From: Candidatus Hadarchaeum sp.
GTDB lineage: Archaea; Hadarchaeota; Hadarchaeia; Hadarchaeales; Hadarchaeaceae
Direction of reading: 5' to 3'
NCBI RefSeq assembly: GCF_049969415.1
Contig: NZ_JBMFOX010000019.1
Location: forward strand, 1-25,910
DNA: 25,910 nt
Part shown: positions 18,578-25,910 of the stretch, in pieces
Layout: each line of letters starts with the position of its first letter
How positions within the stretch are numbered: the stretch's first letter is position 1
Position numbers and translations under genes: made by a program
Notes under the pieces: model-generated
The model's database searches: none
What the model saw: the letters and a program-made list of their open reading frames with translations, nothing else
Told to the model about the DNA's origin: nothing

Positions 18578-19097
18578 GGAATCAACGATAGCCCCACTGT
18601 CCCAGCCTGGAACTCGGTGAACCCACTGGCCGGCGCACATGCCGGGGACCCCCGAAGGGAAACGAAGACCCCATGGACCTTTACTGCAGCTTGTCGTTGG
18701 GGCGCGGTCGCGATTGCAGAGCGTAGGCGGGAGCCTTAGAAGCCCGGCCTTAGGGCTGGGTGGAGGCGCCAATGTAACACCGCCCTTTCGTGGCTACGTC
18801 TCTAACCCCGCAAGGGAGACAGCGGCAGGTGGGCAGTTTCGCTGGGGCGGCAGTCCCTCGAAAAGATATCAAGGGAGCCCAAAGGTCGGCTCAGGCGGGT
18901 CAGAACTCCGCCGTGGAGGGCAAGGCCAAAAGCCGGCCTGACTGTGAGCTCACTACCAAGGCTCGCAGAGGCGAAAGCCGGGCCTAGCGAACCTCGATGT
19001 CCCTCTTGGTGAGGGCTCGGGATGACAGAAAAGGTACCCTGGGGATAACAGAGTTGTCGCGGGCGAGAGCCCCTATCGACCCCGCGGTTTGCTACCT

Positions 19098-19895
19098 CGA
19101 AATACGGGGTATGGCGGCAGCAATGCCGACCAAAGCACCGGCTAATATCGGAGAATCCTCCACAAAAGTTGAATAGAGGGAGATTGAGTGATAGTGGAGG
19201 CAACTCCGAGGGAAGTGGGCATATGGAAAAGCCGCTGACAAAAATTCAGAGAGAGCTAATCGTCGGATCTCTCTTGGGCGATGGACACTTGCGTCCTCAT
19301 AGAGGCAAGGTGGTTTTTGAGTTTCTACAGACAGCTAGGCGCAAGTTCTACGTTGAATGGAAGCACAACATCTTAAGAAACATCGCTTGTCCTAAGATCT
19401 ATCACAGAAAAAATGCTCGAGACTACTACAAACTGGTGACTAGGACACATCCAGAATTGATGGAGTTTTACCGACTTTTCTACAGAGAAGGGCGCAAGGT
19501 CGTTCCGGAAGAAGTCAAGAGGATGTTGACGCCTTTTGCAGTAGCGGTCTGGTTCATGGACGATGGCAGTAAAAGCAGGAATTCGGTTTACTTCAATACC
19601 CAAAGATTCGGTGTAGAGGACCAGTTTCGGTTGATAAAGGCGCTCAGGAAATTTCACTTGATTGTCAATTTGAACCGTGACGGAGAATACTACCGGCTAA
19701 GGTTGCTCAAGAGACATAATCGGAGGTTTTTTGAGTTGGTCAGCCCCTACGTCTTGGAAGAATTCAAGGAAAAGTTGCCCACCCTGTAGAGACTGATGCC
19801 GAATGGCAGATGAGTTGGATCACATCGTGTGGTCCAAAATACGCCGGCCCCCACTTAGGTGTGGGGTGGAGAAATAGTCCGAAGAGAAATCTTTG
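19098..19895 (+). mobile_element. Group I intron at 23S position L2500 (IA-like, with P7.1/P7.2) with a homing endonuclease in L6
   Basis: Removal restores GCTACCT|CGATGTCGG. P1 TACCUCG/CGGGGTA with U-G; P2 with GCAA loop; P3 CCGGC/GCCGG; P5 CCTCCAC/GTGGAGG; P6a GTGGGCA/TGCCCAC; P7 GACTG/TAGTC; P8 CCCCAC/GTGGGG; P9 with GAAA loop; terminal G. Confidence 0.92.
19223..19789 (+). CDS. LAGLIDADG endonuclease (LAGLIDADG_2 / I-SceI-like), 188 aa
   Basis: IVGSLLGDG and AVWFMDDG motifs, FNTQRF. Stop TAG lies in J6/7 of the ribozyme. Confidence 0.9.
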   Translation: MEKPLTKIQRELIVGSLLGDGHLRPHRGKVVFEFLQTARRKFYVEWKHNILRNIACPKIYHRKNARDYYKLVTRTHPELMEFYRLFYREGRKVVPEEVKRMLTPFAVAVWFMDDGSKSRNSVYFNTQRFGVEDQFRLIKALRKFHLIVNLNRDGEYYRLRLLKRHNRRFFELVSPYVLEEFKEKLPTL

Positions 19896-19942
19896 CGATG
19901 TCGGTTCTTCCCATCCTGGCCGTGTAGCAGCGGCCAAGGGTA

Positions 19943-20003
<61 letters not shown>

Positions 20004-20275
20004 ATGCTATCTTTCGGGGGTGCTGGGTGCCTGAGGGTAAGGTATCCCTAGTACGAGAGGAACAGGATGCCGGCGCCTCTGGTTTACCGGTTGTCCGACA
20101 GGGCAGAGCCGGGCAGCTACGCGCCAGTCGATAAGGCCTGAAAGCATCTAAGGCCGAAGCGATACCCGAAAATAGGCACCCTGGGCTATCGGTGACTCCG
20201 TCACGGCGAGTCGTGGCGACACGGCTTGCTGGATAGCCCGCAGCCTGGGACCAGAAGATCCCGTTGGATGACCAC

Positions 20276-20313
<38 letters not shown>

Positions 20314-20465
20314 GTGGCACATATCGGCTGAAAGTTCCAGTAACAAGCTGGTGCAGTTGCGACCTATGCATGGCTTTCATGATCACGAGGCTGTTTTACA
20401 ACTTTAATGTGGGTTTATCGAGAGTTGGCAATAAAATCAAAAACTTTAAGCATTCCTATAATGGT

Positions 20466-20520
20466 AAAAAATAATCCTGCTATGGAGCCCAGTCCAGCTC
20501 AGATTGGGGGCGTCTAGCAG
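20466..20520 (-). terminator. Putative terminator of the ferredoxin gene
   Basis: Imperfect hairpin CTGCTA...GCCC...GGGC...TAGCAG right after the stop, followed by a T6 tract on the minus strand. Confidence 0.5.
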
Positions 20521-20521
20521 A

Positions 20522-20698
20522 TTATGGAACCTTAATGGCGCCGTTGGGGCAAGAGGCCTCGCATGCTCGACACTCGATGCAGTCATCCGGCCGAACTACC
20601 ACGGCCTTTCCATTTTGAATTTCGATGACGTTGGCCGGACAGACATCCGCGCAGACTCCAGCCCCGGTACACTTTTTTAGGTCAACAACGGGTGGCAT
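20522..20698 (-). CDS. Dicluster-type ferredoxin, 58 aa (likely [3Fe-4S]/[4Fe-4S])
   Basis: MPPVVDLKKCTGAGVCADVCPANV...DCIECRACEASCPNGAIKVP*; AGGAGG SD. Too short for the ORF track. Confidence 0.93.
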   Translation of the reverse strand: MPPVVDLKKCTGAGVCADVCPANVIEIQNGKAVVVRPDDCIECRACEASCPNGAIKVP

Positions 20699-20746
20699 AC
20701 CATTCCTCCTAATATCTTTCAGGATAAAGAAAAGAAAACCTGTCTT

Positions 20747-20762
20747 TATTTAAATTTTTCCG
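20747..20762 (-). promoter_or_regulatory. BRE-TATA promoter of the ferredoxin gene
   Basis: Minus strand CGGAAAAA-TTTAAATA about 50 nt upstream of the ATG. Confidence 0.65.
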
Positions 20763-20819
20763 TCAGCCAATTTTAGCGGCAAATTTTGCATGAGACCGGT
20801 ATTGTGGAAACAGACCTGA

Positions 20820-22061
20820 TCAGAACCGAGACAAGAAGACCCAGTAAATCAAGACGTTGGCGATGGTCAGGGGAACCCCGACTTTGGCAAACTCGAAGAA
20901 GGTCAGCGTGTCGCCAGACCTCTTCTCAGCATTCTGAATGATTATAACATTACTCGCGGCTCCAAGGATGAACATGTTTCCGGCGATGGTGCTTCCAGCT
21001 GCCAGCGCAATCATTTCTTTGGATGAAGCGTCGGCTTGGACCAACATGGGCAAATACAGCGCTACCAGCGGAACATTGGAGATGAACTGGCTGAGCAGGG
21101 TGCTGATAGCTAGAATCATAGGGATGGACGTGATGTTAATTTTCAAGCCGGTTATCATAGACTGGAAGAAACCGGTCTGCCAGACGCTTTCCATGAACAC
21201 GAACATTGCCGCGAAAAAGACGAGCGAGTGCCAGTCAATGTTTTTTATTATCCTCAGCCTTCTGGGGCTAAAAATTAAAATCGGAACGGCAGCAGCCAGT
21301 GCAATGTAGGTCAATCTGAAGTCAACCTGTGGTGCAAGATAGCCCAACCCGATTTTGACCGCAACCAGCGCCACTATTATGATTAGGGAAAGTTTGGAAA
21401 GGAAGGCCAGCAAGCGGTCCTTTATGGGGTCTAGTTCATGGTACAGCGGTTTTGAGTGAAATTGTTCCCGATAGAAGAGCTTCAGCAGAAAATAGGCCAC
21501 AAAAAGGTTGATAATTGTCGGCAGGAGAAGGAACCTAAAGAAAGTGATGAAGGGGTTATTAATGCCACCATTGATGGCAATTAAGACGTTTTGCGGGTTG
21601 CCGATGGGACTCATTGCGCTTCCAATGGTGACCGCGAACGCCAAGGTCAGCAGCATTAGCTTGGGTGAAATACCGTGCTTTTTAGCTAGCAAAAGAACGA
21701 CCGGGGTACCAATGATGGCGATGGTGTCATTCATCAAAAACGCTGAGGCCACGCCCATGCCAAACAAGATTGACAGTATCAGCGAATCTATTGAATTGGA
21801 ACGCTGGAACATCCTGTAGGCCAGTTTTGACAGATAACCGCTTTCTTCCATCGCCTGCCCAACGGTGAACATTCCGAAGAGGAACAGCATCACGTCTAAG
21901 TTGATTGACTTCAGCGCATCGGTCGGTGAAATTTGTCCCGTCACCAACACCGCGATGGCGCCGAAGAGCATAATCTGCCATATCTGCAGCCTTATCCTGC
22001 CCACTCGTCTGATTGCGATTAGCAGGAAGACCGCAGCCAGGACGATTATTGGGATGTACAT
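20820..22061 (-). CDS. ArsB/NhaD (ion transporter superfamily) anion permease
   Basis: About 11-12 TM helices; SAFLMNDT, SPIGNPQN, ISNVP, GAASNVII motifs. Confidence 0.88.
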   Translation of the reverse strand: MYIPIIVLAAVFLLIAIRRVGRIRLQIWQIMLFGAIAVLVTGQISPTDALKSINLDVMLFLFGMFTVGQAMEESGYLSKLAYRMFQRSNSIDSLILSILFGMGVASAFLMNDTIAIIGTPVVLLLAKKHGISPKLMLLTLAFAVTIGSAMSPIGNPQNVLIAINGGINNPFITFFRFLLLPTIINLFVAYFLLKLFYREQFHSKPLYHELDPIKDRLLAFLSKLSLIIIVALVAVKIGLGYLAPQVDFRLTYIALAAAVPILIFSPRRLRIIKNIDWHSLVFFAAMFVFMESVWQTGFFQSMITGLKINITSIPMILAISTLLSQFISNVPLVALYLPMLVQADASSKEMIALAAGSTIAGNMFILGAASNVIIIQNAEKRSGDTLTFFEFAKVGVPLTIANVLIYWVFLSRF

Positions 22062-22179
22062 GTGAACCTAGTTGATTAACATCCCCGCGATTAAAAAGTA
22101 GTGTGCCGGCCGATGTGGGTTAAAAATCGATGCCGCAAAGCAGCGCCAGTGCGGTCATCAAAATTGGCAGGAGGGTCGT

Positions 22180-22389
22180 TTAGGCGTTTTCTGTCGCAGC
22201 CATGTTTTCCCGCCTCATGATTTTAGTAATATATCCTGCAACCCGATTGCGAGTCGTCTTGCTATCCGTCTTTACCAGCTCGTCGAGTATTCTTACGTTT
22301 TCGCTGAAATCCTTCGTGAACTTGTTGGGGTACTTCTCAAGGATTTCTCTTGCGGCTCTTTTTATGTATAGAGATCTCACGCTTCCCAT
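22180..22389 (-). CDS. rps17e: 30S ribosomal protein S17e
   Basis: MGSVRSLYIKR...FTKDFSEN...SKTTRNRVAGYITK; GGAGG SD. Confidence 0.96.
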   Translation of the reverse strand: MGSVRSLYIKRAAREILEKYPNKFTKDFSENVRILDELVKTDSKTTRNRVAGYITKIMRRENMAATENA

Positions 22390-22438
22390 AGGTGTCCCTC
22401 CCGCTCGTTTTGGTGGTGAGGTAAAAAAGGCTTTCCCC

Positions 22439-23767
22439 TCAGCTAACCTTTTCCGCTATCTTTAGTGCTAAGTGAGCAACTTCGCTGGGAGTGGGACCTA
22501 GAAGCCTGATCATGGCTTCCTTTCCTAGACCTCCTCTGTCATAAATGACTTGCGGTACCGTGCCCGCTTTTTTTATGGCTTGTTCCGTGCCCCACTCCAT
22601 GGTCTTGACTCCCTTGGGCTCCATAATACGATCAAAGGAGGAGATGCTCAACCCTAGGGATTGGCAAAGTCGGAGGGTTTCCTCGGAGAATTTGATGTTC
22701 ATCGCCGCTAGAATTCTGGGGTTAAACCTATGTGCGGTCAAAACGGCATTGGCCATATGCTCCGAGCCACCGAGTTCAGGAAAACCTGTTAAGACAGCAC
22801 CATTGCTGGTCCTCACAATCCTTCCCGAAAGCCCGACCACTTCGGATCTGGATTTTGCCCCGGGTAGTGCCATCACGATGTTCGTTCCAACCTCTGGAAT
22901 CAGCTTCACGAATTTCGGGCTTTTCACCAGCAGCTGTGCCGCCTTCCAGACCTCACCGAGGGCTCGGGCAGTTTCCACCTCCCGAAATATTCCTGCCATC
23001 TGGTTAACCGGCACGACGCCATGGCCTAGCTTTAACCGGCCTTGGATAGCCTGAATCACGAACGCTCGGGCATTTCTGACCGCGGTGCTCAACGATGCAC
23101 CCTTGGCGAGTTCGGCAGCAATAGCTGAGGATAGTGAGCAGCCAGTTCCGTGCGTGGTCTCTTCAGTTAGCCTCGTCCCGCTGAGCTCTTCAAATCTTCC
23201 CTTTTGGTATAAAATGTCGGTCACGGTTTTCTTCATCAGGTGTCCGCCCTTGATCAGAACCGCTTTAGGCCCGAGGCCAGCAATTTTTTTAGCGGCACGT
23301 TTCATATCGCCAATTGATTTAATTTTTAGTCCCGATAGCCTTTCAGCCTCGTGTACATTTGGTGTTACCAATTCAGCGCAAGAGAGTAGCTCTTTCATCG
23401 CGGACAGAGCCCCCTCGCGCATGAGCGGGGAGCCGCTGGCCGAGATTATTATTGGATCGACGACGACTCGCAAATGATATTTTTTGATTCGGCTGGCAAC
23501 CACTCTGATGATATCCGCGCTGCTCAGCATTCCGGTCTTAGCAAACTTGACTTCGAAGTCTTCCATGAGGACATCGATCTGCTTGGCGACGAACTCCGGG
23601 GGCATTTCCATGACGGCCTCGACACCGAGCGTGTTCTGCGCAGTTACCGCGGTGATGGCGCACAACCCGTGAACCCCGAGCGCTGCCATCGTCTTTATGT
23701 CGGCTTGAATTCCGGCGCCGCCACCGGAGTCCGATCCGGCTATGGTCAGCACACAGGGTACTTTCAT
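22439..23767 (-). CDS. thiDN: Bifunctional HMP/HMP-P kinase - thiamine phosphate synthase (ThiD-ThiN fusion)
   Basis: LTIAGSDSGGGAGIQADIKT, VTAQNT, THGTGC; C-terminal LIPEVGTN, GGSEHMA, GKEAMIR. ATG 23767 after a GGAGGAG SD. Confidence 0.93.
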   Translation of the reverse strand: MKVPCVLTIAGSDSGGGAGIQADIKTMAALGVHGLCAITAVTAQNTLGVEAVMEMPPEFVAKQIDVLMEDFEVKFAKTGMLSSADIIRVVASRIKKYHLRVVVDPIIISASGSPLMREGALSAMKELLSCAELVTPNVHEAERLSGLKIKSIGDMKRAAKKIAGLGPKAVLIKGGHLMKKTVTDILYQKGRFEELSGTRLTEETTHGTGCSLSSAIAAELAKGASLSTAVRNARAFVIQAIQGRLKLGHGVVPVNQMAGIFREVETARALGEVWKAAQLLVKSPKFVKLIPEVGTNIVMALPGAKSRSEVVGLSGRIVRTSNGAVLTGFPELGGSEHMANAVLTAHRFNPRILAAMNIKFSEETLRLCQSLGLSISSFDRIMEPKGVKTMEWGTEQAIKKAGTVPQVIYDRGGLGKEAMIRLLGPTPSEVAHLALKIAEKVS

Positions 23768-23866
23768 GTTTTCTCCTCCGTTCTTTCCCGACCCATTTTT
23801 TGGAAAGTATTCGTCATCCTTTCGAAACATTATTTACACCCCTAGGCAATAAAATTAGAGGATATC

Positions 23867-24625
23867 ATGAGAAAAATACAGCTCACCATCATCCAGATTG
23901 ACAACTACGGGCCGTGGACGGTAATGCCCGAGCCCAGAAGAGAGTTTGAACTCCAGGTGTTGCAGGCGGAACTATTTGCTGAGTTGGAGCGGCAGTTCGG
24001 CACGCGGGGTGGGTTGGTCTTTCCAACAAGGTTTGACAACCTCATCGCAGTTACCAATGGCATTTCCATGGAAGAACATCGTGAAATTCAGAAGGTGGTT
24101 AACGAAAAGTTTCCAGTTACCGTGAGCATGAGCATCGGGGCTGCAGCCACACCTTACCAAGCCCAAGTCTTGGCTACATTGTGTCTACAACGCGTCGGGA
24201 GCAGCCAATCAGCTGAGCGCAAGAGTGCTTTGGTTGGCAGCTGCGTGAGCTATCCGGATCAGGACTGGGTTCAGATTGCCCACATGGACATAAACCATTC
24301 CACGCTAATTACGGACAGCGAACCCATTTACGACACTCACGTTCTGCTTCAGAGGGCCCACTTGGTCCTAGTTCAGAAGTTCCTCCGCTGCAATGCCTTG
24401 GTTTTTTACATGGGCGGCGATAACATCATGGCCCTGTCAAACGGCCTCGAAGTTTCCGAGATTTCCGACGTTCTTGCTGAGGTCAAGGCCGAAATGGGTC
24501 TGGAGTTAAAGGCCGGTGTGGGGGCTGCACCTACGGCAGAAAGGGCAGCGCAGTTGGCCAGCGAGGGTTTACACGAGATCCGTAAAAATAGGCATAAATC
24601 CACGATAATCTTAAAACGGGCTTGA
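23867..24625 (+). CDS. gch3: GTP cyclohydrolase III (archaeal riboflavin pathway)
   Basis: IQIDNYGPWT, RFDNLIAVTNG, VQIAHMDIN, FYMGGDN, LKAGVG. Confidence 0.92.
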   Translation: MRKIQLTIIQIDNYGPWTVMPEPRREFELQVLQAELFAELERQFGTRGGLVFPTRFDNLIAVTNGISMEEHREIQKVVNEKFPVTVSMSIGAAATPYQAQVLATLCLQRVGSSQSAERKSALVGSCVSYPDQDWVQIAHMDINHSTLITDSEPIYDTHVLLQRAHLVLVQKFLRCNALVFYMGGDNIMALSNGLEVSEISDVLAEVKAEMGLELKAGVGAAPTAERAAQLASEGLHEIRKNRHKSTIILKRA

Positions 24626-24644
24626 TTTTAGGGCGCGGCAGAGT

Positions 24645-25394
24645 TCAGCCGTGCATCCTTTTGAAGCTCCAAGTTCCGGCAACGATGGCAAGTAGCGAAA
24701 AGATTGCAATTACCTCGATATCAATCAGGAGGGGGAAATGCTGGATCCCAATGATGGCCCCTCGTACTAGGTCGACCCCGTAAGTTACTGGATTTATGGA
24801 GGTTATGTTTGAGAACCAGGGCGGCAGGTTGCTTAGCGGGAAGAGGGCCCCGCTGAAGAAGAACAGCGGCCAGATGACGAAGTTGGCCACCAGCATGAAG
24901 CCCTCCGGGCTCCTCATGTTGGCGCCGATGGCTAGCCCCAGGCTGACCAACGCTATGGAGAGCAGAAACAGAAGCAGGAAGACTTCTAGCAAAATGGTGG
25001 GGGCAAGGGAAAATCCGATGAAGTAACCGATTACCAGCAGCGCCGCCGTTTGGACCATTACGGTAGTACACCCTCCTAGTACCTTTCCTATGAAGATGCT
25101 GACGCGGGAGAGAGGGGCCACCAGCACCTCCTTTAAGAAATCGAGCTTTCTATCCCAGATCACATAAACCCCGTAAAAGAGCGAGGAGAAGAGCACGCTC
25201 ATGATGAGGATTCCGGGGTAGATGTAGGTTCGGTAGTTAACGCCCTCGATGGTCACGACCGAGCCGAGGCCCGTGCCGAAGGCGACCAGCCACAGGATCG
25301 GTGAGATGAGCGATGAGATCACCCGCTCCTTCTCCCTTAGATAGACCTTGAATTCCCTCAGCCAAACGGCGTAAATGCCCTCAACCTCGCTCAT
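24645..25394 (-). CDS. ABC-2 type transporter permease (DrrB-like)
   Basis: Six TM helices, WDRKLDFLKEVLVAPLSR, FFSGALFP, NPVTYGVD. Confidence 0.92.
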   Translation of the reverse strand: MSEVEGIYAVWLREFKVYLREKERVISSLISPILWLVAFGTGLGSVVTIEGVNYRTYIYPGILIMSVLFSSLFYGVYVIWDRKLDFLKEVLVAPLSRVSIFIGKVLGGCTTVMVQTAALLVIGYFIGFSLAPTILLEVFLLLFLLSIALVSLGLAIGANMRSPEGFMLVANFVIWPLFFFSGALFPLSNLPPWFSNITSINPVTYGVDLVRGAIIGIQHFPLLIDIEVIAIFSLLAIVAGTWSFKRMHG

Positions 25395-25910
25395 GTTCTC
25401 CTCTCGTTCATTATCCGCTGCCAGAACCCACCTTCGGCCTCGTCCTCTCTAATCTCCCTGCCGGCGTAGTGAAGGAAGACATCATTCAGGGTGGTGGGTT
25501 TCAGTTCCACGCTCTTAACTTCTCCGGCGTTGAGGAGGATTTTTTTCAGATCGCATCTCCTGTTTTGGAGCACGATTTGAAGCAGGTCTCCTCTCCGGTG
25601 GATGGTCTTCACGCAGTCAAGTTTCTTCAATGCAGCCATCCGTGGATTTTTTGTTCTGATGATAATCTTATCGCCACCCAAAAGCGACTTCAATCTTCTT
25701 GGTTCCCCAAGGGCGATTATCTTTCCTGCGTCGATGATTCCCACCCGGTCACAGAGAAGCTCGGCCTCCTCCATGTAATGGGTGGTGAGGAGGATTGTCA
25801 TCTTTTCCCTCCGCGCCAGTGTGGAGATATATTTCCACATGTGTTCTCTCGTCTGCGGGTCTAGGCCTAAAGTTGGTTCATCGAGAAAAAGCACAGAGGG
25901 GTGATGCATC
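25391..25910 (-). CDS. ABC transporter ATP-binding protein (DrrA-like), 5'-truncated by the window
   Basis: Walker B/D-loop LFLDEPTLGLDP, H-loop LTTHYMEEA, C-terminal TLNDVFL. Confidence 0.93.
   Translation of the reverse strand, partial: MHHPSVLFLDEPTLGLDPQTREHMWKYISTLARREKMTILLTTHYMEEAELLCDRVGIIDAGKIIALGEPRRLKSLLGGDKIIIRTKNPRMAALKKLDCVKTIHRRGDLLQIVLQNRRCDLKKILLNAGEVKSVELKPTTLNDVFLHYAGREIREDEAEGGFWQRIMNERRT

Noticed and set aside
19169-19222. TTG start extension of the second endonuclease
   Set aside because: It lies in P5/P4/P6 and encodes low-complexity sequence; ATG 19223 fits the family N-terminus.
20375-20520. 5S rRNA after 23S, or a SECIS element after the ferredoxin
   Set aside because: No 5S motifs. 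The ferredoxin has no in-frame UGA, and hairpin plus T-tract fits a terminator.
20938-25864. Antisense ORFs over the permease, thiDN, gch3 and ABC genes
   Set aside because: Shadows of well-supported genes on the other strand or frame.

Overview
Archaeal chromosomal window. The 16S signatures, TBP, S17e, GCH III, ThiDN and EppA-type pilins point to a euryarchaeal-type lineage; Hadarchaeota-like is my guess and needs a 16S search. From left to right it holds: the 3' end of an A24 prepilin peptidase; lemA-htpX; a convergent 8-gene cluster (seven class III signal peptide/pilin-like genes plus DUF2101); an aroA-like/thiI-like gene pair in which both proteins have lost most catalytic residues; flavodoxin; TBP; moaD/SAMP-moaE-radical SAM; gamma-carbonic anhydrase; a PRC-barrel protein; a 16S-tRNA-Ala(UGC)-23S operon with no linked 5S; a 7Fe-type ferredoxin missed by the ORF track; an ArsB/NhaD-type permease; rps17e; thiDN; gch3; and an ABC-2 transporter. 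The 23S gene carries two group I introns rather than BHB introns, at L1923 (IB-like) and L2500 (IA-like), each with a two-motif LAGLIDADG endonuclease. The most striking observations are four. (1) The L1923 intron is 822 nt (274 codons) and open from end to end; its endonuclease stops only in the rRNA exon, so a full-length intron circle would be an endless ORF, and a candidate internal TATA box precedes the ATG. (2) The 16S bulge-helix-bulge is built from the 5' end of tRNA-Ala, and the predicted cut falls exactly at tRNA G+1. (3) The tandem AroA/ThiI pseudoenzymes. (4) A branched helix-98 expansion in 23S. All structures were paired by eye and no database searches were run.
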